A stretch of DNA of 64,000 nucleotides, taken from an uncultured Methylomirabilota bacterium (GTDB taxonomy: Bacteria; Methylomirabilota; Methylomirabilia; Methylomirabilales; 2-02-FULL-66-22). Location of the stretch: the NCBI GenBank assembly GCA_963845565.1, contig CAWJSJ010000002.1, positions 2,080,001-2,144,000 of the forward strand, given 5' to 3'. How positions within the stretch are numbered: position 1 is the first letter of the stretch; each line of letters opens with the position of its first letter. Both the position numbers and the translations under genes were made by a program. The notes under the pieces are model-generated. The model saw only the letters and a program-made list of their open reading frames with translations, searched no databases and was not told the origin of the DNA. Positions 22,051 to 32,400 of the stretch are shown here, one piece after another.

Positions 22051-23031
22051 ATGAGAAAAGTGTTGTTCGGAACCCTGATCGTGTTCGCGGTTGTGGCTTT
22101 CGCGATGCCGGGCTTCGCGGGGACCGTCCTGAAGTTCTCCAGCATCCACGAGCCGGCCCATCCGTCAGCCCACACGGCCGAGTTCTTCGCCGCGCGGGTC
22201 AGGCAGTTGACCAACGGCGAGCTCGATGTGCAGGTGTACCACTCTCGGCAGCTCGGCGACGCCCGGGACAACGTTGAGAACGTGCGGAACGGCAGCATCG
22301 CCTTCACCTCGGTGTCCATCTCGAACCTGAGCCAGGTGCTTCCCGTGATGGACGTGTGGTCGCTGCCCTATATCTTCAAGAGCGATGACCACTACTGGTA
22401 CGTCCTGAACGGCGGGAAAGCCATGGAGTTCATGCAGCAGCTCGAGCCCAAGGGGATCAAGGTCATCACGTGGATCACCTCGGGCGCCCGCAACTTCTTC
22501 ACCCAAAAGCCGATCAACAGCGCGGCTGATTTGAAAGGCCAGAAGATCCGCGTCATGGCGTCGCCGGTCATGATCGACACCATGAAGGCCTTGGGGGCCA
22601 ACGGCGTGCCGGTGGCCTGGGGCGAACTGTACACGGCCCTCCAGACGGGCGTGGTGGACGGGGCAGAGAACAACCACCCGTCCGTCATCTCCATGAAGTT
22701 CTACGAGGTCTCCAAGTCCTACAGCCTCGACGAGCACATGCGGATTCCCGACGTGAACATCGTCTCCACCAAGGTCTTCGAGAAGCTGTCCAAATCTCAG
22801 CAGGCTGCGATCCTGAAGGCCGGCGAGGAAGCCACCGCCTACATGCGCGGCGCCTGGAAGATTGCCGAGATCAATGACCTGGAAAAGATCAAGGGCCTGA
22901 TGAAGATCACCACGCCCGACAAGAAGAGCTTAATGGACGCCGTGGCGCCGATGGTGGCGGACAGCGCCAAGAAGCTTGGCGGCGAGGCCTTCGTGAAGTA
23001 CGTCCTGGAGACCGGCAAGAACTTCAAGTAA
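22051..23031 (+). CDS. dctP: TRAP substrate-binding protein DctP (sugar-acid type)
   Basis: DLKGQKIRVM, ELYTALQTGVVDGAENN. Confidence 0.95.
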   Translation: MRKVLFGTLIVFAVVAFAMPGFAGTVLKFSSIHEPAHPSAHTAEFFAARVRQLTNGELDVQVYHSRQLGDARDNVENVRNGSIAFTSVSISNLSQVLPVMDVWSLPYIFKSDDHYWYVLNGGKAMEFMQQLEPKGIKVITWITSGARNFFTQKPINSAADLKGQKIRVMASPVMIDTMKALGANGVPVAWGELYTALQTGVVDGAENNHPSVISMKFYEVSKSYSLDEHMRIPDVNIVSTKVFEKLSKSQQAAILKAGEEATAYMRGAWKIAEINDLEKIKGLMKITTPDKKSLMDAVAPMVADSAKKLGGEAFVKYVLETGKNFK

Positions 23032-23045
23032 GTCTGGAAATCTCT

Positions 23046-23074
23046 CCGGCGGGGGGCTATCCGCCCCCCGCCGG
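23046..23074 (+). other. Intercistronic stem-loop after dctP
   Basis: CCGGCGGGGGGC-TATCC-GCCCCCCGCCGG, no U-tract. Confidence 0.6.
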
Positions 23075-23107
23075 TCCATTCAACTCCCCAGGAACGGGTG
23101 GAACGAC

Positions 23108-23626
23108 ATGTCGACGGCATTCGATCGGGTCCTGGAGTGGATCACGACGGTCGTGAAGTGGGTGATGGTGTCCATGACGATCGTGATCTTCATCATCACG
23201 ACGTATACCGTGTTCACCCGCTATGTCCTGAACATCGTGCCGTCATGGTCCGAGGAGATTCCGCGGTACCTCCTGGTGTGGATCACCTATCTCGGGGCGG
23301 CGCTGGCCATCAAGTTCAAGGAGCACATCAGCCTGGATGTCTTCTTCAACCTGATGCCGCTCCGGGCACGCCAGGTTGGGCATTTCTTCCTGAATGGGCT
23401 CGTCGCCATCGTCGCCGTGATCATGGTGGTGTACGGGATCGGGCTGGTCAACCATTTCGGCGAGGACCTGATGGAGTCGATCCCCGTCACCAATTTCTGG
23501 CTCTATCTGGCCATGCCCGTCTCCGGCACGCTGATGCTCCTCTACCTCGTCCAGGATACCTGGAAGCGGATCCGGGATTTCGGGAAGGCGGAGGCGGCGT
23601 CCGGGTCGGAGATGGTTCCCATCTAG
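23108..23626 (+). CDS. dctQ: TRAP small permease DctQ
   Basis: WSEEIPRY, HISLD, 4 TM. Confidence 0.92.
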   Translation: MSTAFDRVLEWITTVVKWVMVSMTIVIFIITTYTVFTRYVLNIVPSWSEEIPRYLLVWITYLGAALAIKFKEHISLDVFFNLMPLRARQVGHFFLNGLVAIVAVIMVVYGIGLVNHFGEDLMESIPVTNFWLYLAMPVSGTLMLLYLVQDTWKRIRDFGKAEAASGSEMVPI

Positions 23627-23732
23627 ATGGCGTTGCGGTCGAGAATCTCGTACGAGTTTTGGGACGATCCCGGGTCGATCCCGGCTCGGCCGGGTGGTGG
23701 GCTGAACCCATTCGCGGGAAAGTGGCGACATC

Positions 23733-25024
23733 ATGACACTTGGAATCGCGTTCTTCTGCTTCTTCGTTTTCATGATCATCAACCTGCCGATCTCCTTCGG
23801 CATCGGGCTGGGGGCCCTGCTGGCCGGGCTGACGCTGGACATCGACCACTCGACCCTCATCCAGCGCATGCTCTCGGCGGTGAACTCGTTCCCGTTGCTG
23901 GCGGTCATCTTCTTCATCTTCGCCGGGACACTTCTGGCCCGGGGCGGTGTCTCCACCCGACTGGTGCGGCTGGCAGAGGTCCTGGTGGGGCGGATCCCGG
24001 GCGCCATGGCCCACGTCACCATCCTGGCCTGCATGTTCTTCGGCGGCGTGTCGGGCTCCGCGGTGGCCGAGATCTCTTCCATCGGGGCCATGATGATCCC
24101 GACGATGGAGAAGGCGGGCTACAAGAGGGAAACGGCCACCTCCATCGCCCTGGCCTCGGCGGTCATGGGGCCGATCATCCCGCCCTCCATCCCCATGATC
24201 ATCTTTGCCCACACGGCGGGCTCGGTCTCCATCGCCGCCCTGTTCCTGGCGGGGGCCATCCCGGGCATCCTCATCGGACTCAGCCTGATGGTCTGGGCCT
24301 TCTTCCACGCCAAGAAAGCACATCAAGCCGGCGCCGCTGCCGCAGCTCTCCTTCAAGGAGAAGGCCTTCCGGGTGGCCGACGGCATGGCCGGACTCTTCA
24401 CGATCTTCATCATCCTCGGCGGGATCATCTCGGGAATCTTCACGGCCACCGAGGCGGGGGCCGTGTCGTCGCTCTACGCCATCATCCTGTGCTGCGGCGT
24501 GTACCGCGAGACCAAGTGGAGCGAGCTGCCCAAGATCCTGTTCGAGTGCTGCCAGGTCAACGCCGTGGTGCTGTTCCTGGTGGCAACGAGCTCGGTGTTC
24601 ACCTGGATCCTGACCTACGAGAATCTGCCCAAGGTGCTGGCCAACACGGTCTTCACCATCACCGACAACAAGTTCCTGCTGCTCATCGTCATCAACATCT
24701 TCCTGCTGATCGTGGGCTGCCTGGTGGATCTGACGCCGGCGGTCATCATGCTGACCCCGATCCTGCTTGCCCCTGATGCAGAAGATGGGGCTTCACATCG
24801 TCCACTTCGGGGCCATGATGATCATCAATCTCTGCTACGGCCTGATCACGCCGCCGGTGGGGACATCGCTCTTCGTCGGCCTCCGCATCTCCGGCCTGTC
24901 GATGAACCAGATCATCCGGCCGCTAGCCCCGCTCCTGGCCATCGAGCTCGTGATCCTGGCGGCCGTCACCTACTGGCCGCCGCTCACGATGTGGCTGCCG
25001 CGGATGTTCGGGTTCGTGATGTAG
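23733..25024 (+). CDS. dctM: TRAP large permease DctM (two apparent +1 indels near 24315 and 24768)
   Basis: Three consecutive frames join into one DctM: GVSGSAVAE, GPIIPPS / FTATEAG / GLITPPVG. Confidence 0.88.
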
Positions 25025-25069
25025 CGGTGGCGAACCCCGAGAAGGTTTGCTCGGGCGAAAGCGAACATC

Positions 25070-25105
25070 AGCCCCCCTGTTCGAAGAGAGCAGGGGGGCT
25101 TTTTT
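25070..25105 (+). terminator. Intrinsic terminator after dctM
   Basis: AGCCCCCCTG...CAGGGGGGCT-TTTTT. Confidence 0.8.
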
Positions 25106-25157
25106 GCAGCCAGGCGCGTCCACTGCTAGCGTTCCGGGCGGGGAGGGAGCCCGCCTT

Positions 25158-26433
25158 GTGAACGGACAACGGAAGTTCATCCTGGTTCCTGCCGGAAGCT
25201 CGGGCGACATCTACCCGTTCGTCTGGCTGGGGAAGGGGTTGGCCTCGCTGGGCCACGAGGTCGTGGTTGTCGTGCACCGGCCGTTCGACCGGACGATGGA
25301 GGCCGCCGGCCTCCGGACGCTCGGCTACGGGACGGACGAGGATTTCGAGCAGATCATGCGGCACCCCGATCTCTGGCACCCGAGGAGGGGTTTTGAACTG
25401 ATCGCTCTTCTGGCGCCCCGCTTGTACCCGGAGATCGTCTCCCGAGTGCACGCGGAGACTCGCACCAGGCCGAACGCTGCTGGTGGGGGCGGGGATCGCC
25501 TTCGGGGCGCGCATTGCGGCGGAGGCGTTCAAGGTGCCGCTGGTGACGGTTCAGCTTCAGCCGGCCGTCTTCTTGAGCCCGGAAGATCCCCCGGTGCCGC
25601 AGGCAGGGATGGAATGGTTCCGAAAGGCGCCGCGCTGGCTGCGAAGGTTGCTCTACCGGGTCGGGTATTTTCGGACGGACCGACTCTTGGCGGGGGGAAT
25701 CAATGCGTACCGGTCCGAACTCGGTCTCCACCGACCCGTCCGACACATCATGCGCGATTACTGGATGTCTTCCTTCAAGGTGCTGGCGCTGTTTCCAGAA
25801 TGGTACGGCCCAAAGCAGTCGGACTGGCCGCCGCAAACGGTGGTCACGCGGTTCCCGCTCTACGACGACAGCGATCGAGGTTGCCGTGTCCGAGGACCTC
25901 GCGGCGTTCCTGGATGCCGGAGACGCACCGGTGCTGTTCACGCCCGGGTCGGCGAACCTGCAGGCGCGCCGGTTCTTTGACGTGGGACTCGAAGCCTGCC
26001 GCCGGCTCGGCTTCCGGGCCCTGTTCGTGACCCGCTATCCGGAACAGCTTCCTGCCGCGCTCCCACCAGAGATCCGACATGTCACGTACGTGCCATTCAG
26101 CCAGGTCCTGCCGCGCTGCAAGGCGCTGGTCCATCACGGCGGCATCGGCACGGTAGCCCAGGGGCTGGCCGCGGGCGTCCCGCAATTGGTGATGGCCATG
26201 AGCCACGACCAGCCGGACAACGGGTACCGTCTGACCCGCCTGGGTGTGGGGGCGTACGTGTACCCGAAGGCCTTCACGCCCGGCCGCGTGGCCGACGCGC
26301 TGGCGCACCTGACGACGTCGCCCGGAAGTGGCGCGGGCGTGCCGGGCGTGCCGGGCGCGGATCGAAGACCAGATGCCCGCAGAGGCGGTGTTTCGACTTG
26401 TTGGAGGAGGCGCATCGCACGGCCTGCGGTTGA
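25158..26433 (+). CDS. GT1-family glycosyltransferase (RhlB-like), about 4 apparent frameshifts
   Basis: GSSGDIYP, GHEV, LFPEW, FTPGS, VHHGGIGT, HDQPDN spread over successive frames. Confidence 0.82.
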
Positions 26434-26460
26434 TGCGCTGCGGACGGGGAACGGATGCCC

Positions 26461-26977
26461 ATGGACATGGTGCTGTCCCGGTGTCGGCTGCGGCCATTCC
26501 GCGAGGGCGATCAGCCATCCATCGCGCGGTACGCCAACAACCGCCGGATCTGGATCAACCTGCGCGACCGGTTCCCGCACCCCTATACGCTGGCGGATGC
26601 CGATGCCTGGATCCGGGAGGTGGCCGATCAGGATCCGCCGACCCAGTGCGCGATCGAGGTGGGGGGCGACGTGGTCGGCGGTATCGGTCTCACGTTACAG
26701 GAGGATGTTCACCGGCGGTCGGCCGAGATCGGCTATTGGCTTGGGAGAGCCGTTCTGGGGGCGCGGCATCATGAGCGAGGTCGTGCCCGCGTTCACTGCG
26801 TATGGGTTTGCGACCTTCGACGTGTGCCGCATCTTTGCGACCGTCTTCGAGTGGAACCCGGCCTCGGCGCGAATTCTGGAGAAGGCGGGGTACATCCTGG
26901 AGGGGCGGTTGCGAAAGAGCGTGACGAAGGATGGGCGGATGATCGATCAGTTGCTGTATGCCCGCGTGCGGGAGTGA
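26461..26977 (+). CDS. GNAT N-acetyltransferase (RimJ/RimL type), one frameshift near 26740
   Basis: LRDRFPHPYT, SAEIGYWL / GEPFWGRGIM, NPASARILEKAGY. Confidence 0.88.
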
Positions 26978-27021
26978 CGCTTGAGGGGCGCCTTGGTGTA
27001 TGGGGATGCTGGGGGGCCGCG

Positions 27022-27618
27022 ATGGATACGTTGCTGAGCTTGGGGGTGGGTCTGGGGCTAAGTGCGGCCTGCGGCTTTCGCGTGTTTGTCCCGCTCTTGG
27101 CGGCAAGCGTCGCCGCGCAGGCCGGCTATCTGACGCCGGCGCCGGGGTTCGAGTGGATCGGCACATCCCAGGCGCTGTACGCCTTCGCCACGGCGACGCT
27201 GCTGGAGGTCCTGGCCTACTCGATCCCGTGGCTGGACAATGCGCTGGACGCGATCGCGACCCCGGCTGCGGTGATCGCGGGAATGCTCGCCAGTGCGGCG
27301 GTGTTCGCCGACCTTCCACCATTCCTCAAGTGGAGCCTGGCGATCATCGGCGGCGGGGGACTGGCCGGATTGACCCAGGGCGCGACAGCGCTCCTGCGTC
27401 TCAAGACGGCACTGGCGAGCGGAGGGATCGGAAACTTCCTGATTGCCGGCGTGGAGCTGGTTGGATCGGTTGCGGTGTCCCTCCTCGCCATCGCGGTCCC
27501 GTTGGCATGCCTCGTTCTGGTGTGCGGCATCGGCGTGGTCGCGTGGCGTCTCGGCGGACGCCTCATCTTCGGACGCCACGGGCGACCCCAGCGGGCCAGC
27601 GATGGAGAAGCGCGTTGA
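27022..27618 (+). CDS. DUF4126 membrane protein
   Basis: GLGLSAACGFRVFVPL, IPWLDNALD. Confidence 0.85.
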   Translation: MDTLLSLGVGLGLSAACGFRVFVPLLAASVAAQAGYLTPAPGFEWIGTSQALYAFATATLLEVLAYSIPWLDNALDAIATPAAVIAGMLASAAVFADLPPFLKWSLAIIGGGGLAGLTQGATALLRLKTALASGGIGNFLIAGVELVGSVAVSLLAIAVPLACLVLVCGIGVVAWRLGGRLIFGRHGRPQRASDGEAR

Positions 27619-27880
27619 CCGCGTTCGGGGCGAGTGATAGCCTGTTACGCTGATAGGCTTCCCGGGCGGCCGCCCGTCGGTCGTGGATGTGCCAGCGCGG
27701 TCGGTGCGTTTCTTGACCGGACGAGCGGAGGGCATCACGACCGAATCACAGAGAGGAGGGGAGGAAGGTCCACGGCGCTCCAGAGAGGGTCCCAATCAGG
27801 GTGCAGGACATGGACGCGGGATGCGGTGACGGCGTGCGACCAGCGAGCCGTAGCCCACGAGTGGAAAGGGGGAACCCGGA

Positions 27881-29497
27881 ATGACGGATCGGAGTGTATC
27901 CTCAGAGCGCATTACCATCGACGGACTCGCCCGCATGCTTCAGGACGGCCGGATTACCCGGCGCGGCTTTCTGGTGGGTGCGGCGGGACTACTGGGCAGC
28001 ATGGCCGCGGCGGAGGGAATTCTCGCGCGGGTTGCCGGCGCCCAGACAACCAGCAAGAACACCCTGGTGGTCGGTCAGTCGAGCGATGTCAGCAAGCTGG
28101 ACCCCCAGATGAGCACCACGGTCAACGATATCGCTATCACCTTCAACCTCTTCGACAATCTCCTGACTCGCCGCCGCGACGGCAAGCTCCATCCCTCCCT
28201 GGCCACCGAGTGGAAGCTGGTGAACCCGACGACCTGGCAATTCAAGCTGCGCCCGAACGTGAAGTTCCACAACGGAGATCGGTTCACCTCCGCGGATGTG
28301 AAATTCTCCTACGAGCGCTCCTATGACCCCAATGCGAAGGTCATTACCAAGTCCGTGCTGAATACCATCGAGCGCGTCGAGACGCCCGACCCGCTGACGG
28401 TCGTCATCGTCACCAAGCAGCCTGACCCGCTCCTCGCTGCCCGCACGGCCTTCTACGCGGGGCAGATCATGCCCAAGGACTACTTCGCGAAGGTCAAGGA
28501 CGACGAATTCAACGCCAAGCCGATCGGCACCGGCCCGGTGAAGCTCGCGTCGTGGGTCAAGGACGACCGGATGATCCTGGATGCGAACGCGGATTACTGG
28601 GGTGGGAAGTTGGCCGTGAACCAGATCATCTTCCGCCCGCTGCCGGAGCTGGCGGCCCGCGTCGGTGCGCTCCTCAAGGGTGAGGTGGACATCATCACCA
28701 AGATCCCGCCGGACCAGATGGACCGCATCGCCAAGGCGCCCACCACGAAGATCGAGGGCGTCCTGTACGGCGGCCTGTACTGCCTGTCGGTGACGACGCA
28801 GAAGCCGCCCCTGGACAGCAAGCCGTTCCGGCAGGCCATGAGCCTGGCGCTCGACCGCGAGACCATCGTCAAGGAGCTGTGGCGCAGCCAGGCCGCCGTG
28901 CCGAACAGCCTGGTCGTGAAGGGCGACAGCCACCACGATCCGACGTTGCCGCCGCTGAAGTACGATCCGAACCAGGCCAAGCAACTCCTCAAGGAGGCGA
29001 ACTACAAGGGCGAGGAGCTCACGCTCGAAACCCCGATCGGGTTCATGGTGATGGACAAGGAGATGAGCGAGGTCGTCACCGCCATGTGGAAGGACGTGGG
29101 CATCAACGCCAAGCTGGAACAGTTGGAGTACTCGGTCTATCAGCAGAAGATCCGCGAGAAGAGTTTCAAGGGGGTCCGCTGGACCGATCCCACCTCCGCG
29201 TACAACGATCCGGATGGGATGATGTGGCGCCACCTGGCGCCGGGCGGCCCCAACGCCTACTGGTTCCGGAACCCGCGCTTCGACGAGCTGGGCAACGGGG
29301 CTCGCTTCAGCGTGGACGAGAAGTTCCGGGCCGAGGCCTATAAAGAGATGGCGCGGCTGGAGCTGGAGTTCCTTCCGCTGATTCCGGTCATCCAGCCGAT
29401 GGAGCTGTACGGCCTCCAGAAGTACGTGGACTGGAAGCCGTACGCAAACCAGACCATGGAGTTTCGGAACTTCAACCTGAAGCTCACCCGCGGGTAG
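27881..29497 (+). CDS. ABC peptide/nickel substrate-binding protein (SBP family 5, Tat signal)
   Basis: TRRGFL, LATEW, FKLRPNVKFHNG, PIGTGP. Confidence 0.93.
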   Translation: MTDRSVSSERITIDGLARMLQDGRITRRGFLVGAAGLLGSMAAAEGILARVAGAQTTSKNTLVVGQSSDVSKLDPQMSTTVNDIAITFNLFDNLLTRRRDGKLHPSLATEWKLVNPTTWQFKLRPNVKFHNGDRFTSADVKFSYERSYDPNAKVITKSVLNTIERVETPDPLTVVIVTKQPDPLLAARTAFYAGQIMPKDYFAKVKDDEFNAKPIGTGPVKLASWVKDDRMILDANADYWGGKLAVNQIIFRPLPELAARVGALLKGEVDIITKIPPDQMDRIAKAPTTKIEGVLYGGLYCLSVTTQKPPLDSKPFRQAMSLALDRETIVKELWRSQAAVPNSLVVKGDSHHDPTLPPLKYDPNQAKQLLKEANYKGEELTLETPIGFMVMDKEMSEVVTAMWKDVGINAKLEQLEYSVYQQKIREKSFKGVRWTDPTSAYNDPDGMMWRHLAPGGPNAYWFRNPRFDELGNGARFSVDEKFRAEAYKEMARLELEFLPLIPVIQPMELYGLQKYVDWKPYANQTMEFRNFNLKLTRG

Positions 29498-29646
29498 ATT
29501 CGCCGGGCCGCTCGTCCGCTACCGCGCCCCGTCCCGGGAGAAGGGTGGGGCGCGGTAGTCTTGTCCGGGACCGGCGGACGGCCTGGCCCGCATTGTTCCC
29601 GAGCGCAGCTCGCGAACAATGCGGGCTTAATGAGAGCCCGTACGTA

Positions 29647-29687
29647 AGCCCGGATTCGTCACGAAGGATTCGTGAAGAATCCGGGCT
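29647..29687. other. Intergenic hairpin with GGA triloop
   Basis: AGCCCGGATTC-G-TCACGAA-GGA-TTCGTGA-A-GAATCCGGGCT. Confidence 0.6.
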
Positions 29688-29697
29688 CGAGGGACCG

Positions 29698-30621
29698 ATG
29701 CCAGGGTTCGGCCGATTCCTGACCTACCGGGTGGTGCGGATGCTGATCGCGCTGTGGAGCGTGGTGACGGTGGTCTTCGTCGTCATGCGCCTCTCGGGCG
29801 ATCCGGTGCCCCTCCTCCTGCCCCCGGACGCGCCCATCGCAGAGATGGAGCGGCTGCGGAGCGAGATGGGCCTGGACCGGCCGATCTACGTCCAGTACGG
29901 GGTGTTCATCAACCAGGCCGTCCAGGGCGACTTTGGCCGCTCCATCCACTTCCGGACCTCGGCCATGACGGTCGTCTGGGAACGGGTGCCCGCCACCCTG
30001 GAATTGGCCTTTGCCTCGTTCCTGTGCGCGATCGTCTTCGCCATCCCGGCCGGGATCATCTCGGCCGTCAGGCGCGGAAGCCTCATTGATGACATCGTCA
30101 TGGGGGTCGCGCTGGTCGGGCAGGCGGCGCCGACGTTCTATATCGGCATCATGTTGATTCTGACCTGCTCCCTCTGGCTGGGCCTGTTCCCGACGTCGGG
30201 CAGGGGTGACTGGCGGAACCTGGTATTGCCGGCGGTGACACTGGGGGCCTTCGCCATGGCCAGCATCGCCCGGATCACCCGTTCCGCGGTGCTGGAGATC
30301 CTGCGGGCCGACTACATCCGGACGGCCCGGGCCAAGGGGCTGCCGGAGTTCTGGACGCTCGCCAAGCACACCATGCGGAATGCCGCCATTCCGATCGTCA
30401 CGATCGTGGGGCTGCAGCTCGGAAACCTGCTGGGCGGCGCGGTGGTCACCGAGACCATCTTCTCCTGGCCGGGGATCGGGCGGCTGGCCATCCAATCCAT
30501 CTACAACCGCGATTATCCGGTCGTGCAGTCCTGCGTCTTCATGACCGCGGCCATGTTCGTCGTGGTGAACTTTCTGGTGGACGTCGCGTATGGCATCCTC
30601 GATCCACGCATCCGGCACTAA
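29698..30621 (+). CDS. ABC permease (DppB/OppB family)
   Basis: GDFGRS, DYIRTARAKGL, RDYPVVQ. Confidence 0.93.
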   Translation: MPGFGRFLTYRVVRMLIALWSVVTVVFVVMRLSGDPVPLLLPPDAPIAEMERLRSEMGLDRPIYVQYGVFINQAVQGDFGRSIHFRTSAMTVVWERVPATLELAFASFLCAIVFAIPAGIISAVRRGSLIDDIVMGVALVGQAAPTFYIGIMLILTCSLWLGLFPTSGRGDWRNLVLPAVTLGAFAMASIARITRSAVLEILRADYIRTARAKGLPEFWTLAKHTMRNAAIPIVTIVGLQLGNLLGGAVVTETIFSWPGIGRLAIQSIYNRDYPVVQSCVFMTAAMFVVVNFLVDVAYGILDPRIRH

Positions 30622-30625
30622 GGCC

Positions 30626-31489
30626 GTGGAGGTCGGGAACGAAGCCCTCCGGCGGCGGAAGGTGCCCCTCTTTGTCTGGGCCTCGGCGGGTTTCTTGCTC
30701 GTGGTGGTGCTGGCGGCCACCTTCGCCCCCCTGGTCAGTCCGTATGACCCGATCCGGCAGTCGCTCCGCGAGCGGCTCAAGGCTCCGGCCTGGTTTCCGG
30801 AGGAGGGCCGGCAGCGCCACCTCTTGGGCACGGACCAGCTTGGGCGCGACATCCTGAGCCGGGTCATCTACGGCTCCCGGATCTCCCTCGTTGTGGGATT
30901 CGCGGCGGTGTTGATCGGGGGGGCAATCGGGGGACTCCTGGGTCTGATCTCGGGCTACACGGGTGGCATCCTGGACGAGATCATCATGCTGCTGGTGGAT
31001 GGCCAACTGGCGTTCCCGTTCATCTTGCTGGCGATCGGGATCATCGCCGTGCTGGGACCCAGCTTCGGGAACCTGATCATCATCGTGGGGCTCAGCGGGT
31101 GGGTGACCTATGCGCGGGTCGTCCGCGCCCAGGTCTTGACCATCAAGGAGCGGGAGTACGTCCTGGCCATCCGAGGGTTGGGTGGATCCACCTTGCGAAT
31201 CCTGGCGAGGCACATCGTGCCTAACACGCTGGCCCCGTTCCTGGTCATCGCCACGCTGGAGCTGGCCCGCACCATCCTCCTGGAGTCCACACTGAGCTTC
31301 CTCGGCCTGGGGATCCAGCCTCCCACCCCGAGCTGGGGCGGCATGCTGAGCGAGGGGCGGGGCTATCTGGATTCCGCCTGGTGGATCTCAGCCTTCCCTG
31401 GTCTGGTCCTCATGATGACCGCGCTGGTGGTCAGCCGGGTGGGCGACTGGCTGCGGGACGTCCTGGATCCGACCCTACGGGGGATGTAG
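30626..31489 (+). CDS. ABC permease (DppC/OppC family)
   Basis: LGTDQLGRD, EYVLA, PPTPSWG; start uncertain. Confidence 0.92.
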   Translation: MEVGNEALRRRKVPLFVWASAGFLLVVVLAATFAPLVSPYDPIRQSLRERLKAPAWFPEEGRQRHLLGTDQLGRDILSRVIYGSRISLVVGFAAVLIGGAIGGLLGLISGYTGGILDEIIMLLVDGQLAFPFILLAIGIIAVLGPSFGNLIIIVGLSGWVTYARVVRAQVLTIKEREYVLAIRGLGGSTLRILARHIVPNTLAPFLVIATLELARTILLESTLSFLGLGIQPPTPSWGGMLSEGRGYLDSAWWISAFPGLVLMMTALVVSRVGDWLRDVLDPTLRGM

Positions 31490-31521
31490 CGGAATGAGGC
31501 GCAATGGCGCCTGGATCGGTG

Positions 31522-31570
31522 TTGACTGTGCATGCACCGGTGATGCATAATGACGCATTCGGTGCATCAC
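31522..31570 (+). promoter_or_regulatory. Promoter/operator of the vapBC pair
   Basis: TTGACT-18-CATAAT overlapped by palindrome GTGCATGCAC and inverted repeat GTGATGCA...TGCATCAC. Confidence 0.65.
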
Positions 31571-31583
31571 AGGGGAGGGAACC

Positions 31584-31844
31584 ATGGGTGCGATCACGGT
31601 GCGGAATCTCCCGCCCGAGCTGGCGCGGGTGATTCAGCAAAAAGCCAAGAAAGAAAAGATAAGCCTCAACCACGCCGTCATGGACTTATTAGAGACGGCC
31701 ACGGGTCTCGGGAAGCGCCTCAAGAAGGAGGTGCTGCACCACGATCTCGACGAGTTAGCCGGGAGCTGGTCCGAGCAGGAGTATGAGGAGTTCGGCGAGG
31801 CGCTGCGGGAACAACGGCAGATTGAGCCGGAGATCTGGAGGTGA
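31584..31844 (+). CDS. vapB: Antitoxin (FitA/VapB-like ribbon-helix-helix)
   Basis: ITVRNLP...SLN, DLDELAGSW; GTGA overlap with the PIN gene. Confidence 0.82.
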   Translation: MGAITVRNLPPELARVIQQKAKKEKISLNHAVMDLLETATGLGKRLKKEVLHHDLDELAGSWSEQEYEEFGEALREQRQIEPEIWR

Positions 31845-32254
31845 GCCGCATCTTGGTGGACACCTCTGCCTATGCGGCGTACCTGCGTGACCATTCCGAG
31901 GTCAAAGCGGCCATTCAGCGCGCCTCGGAGGTCGGCCTGAGTGCGATCTCCATCGGCGAACTTCGCGCTGGTTTCCTGCAGGGATCGCGCCCGAGACGGA
32001 ACGAAGAGATCTTGCGCCGTTTCCTCGCCTCGCCTCGGGCCCGCGCCTTCGCGGTGGACGAGGAGACAGCCGACCGGTACGCGGTGATTCACAACTATCT
32101 ACGGAAGCAGGGGAAGCCGGTGCCGAGCAACGACCTGTGGATCGCGGCGACGGCTTCGCAGCACGGTCTGCGTCTCCTCACGCTGGATGGGCATTTTCTT
32201 CAGATCCCTCAGGTGATCGTGAGCTTTTTTGAGCCGGTATCGTCCACCCGGTAG
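31841..32254 (+). CDS. vapC: VapC PIN-domain toxin
   Basis: VDTSAY, GEL, NDLWIAA, TLDGHF. Confidence 0.92.
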   Translation: MSRILVDTSAYAAYLRDHSEVKAAIQRASEVGLSAISIGELRAGFLQGSRPRRNEEILRRFLASPRARAFAVDEETADRYAVIHNYLRKQGKPVPSNDLWIAATASQHGLRLLTLDGHFLQIPQVIVSFFEPVSSTR

Positions 32255-32400
32255 GCCGACCATGCCCCAGCGCCACTGAGGCATCGTCTCCTGAACACGT
32301 TCCAACGTGGGCGCGCCTCTTGTCCCAGGGCGCTCTCGTGTGCAGCCCCAAACGGCTCTCGCGCGCCTCGCGCCAGGAAACGTCTTGTAGGAGTTGAGCC

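Noticed and set aside
23733..26977. Programmed frameshifting or phase variation in dctM, glycosyltransferase and GNAT
   Set aside because: No slippery heptamers or long SSRs; too many independent indels, so sequencing error is more parsimonious
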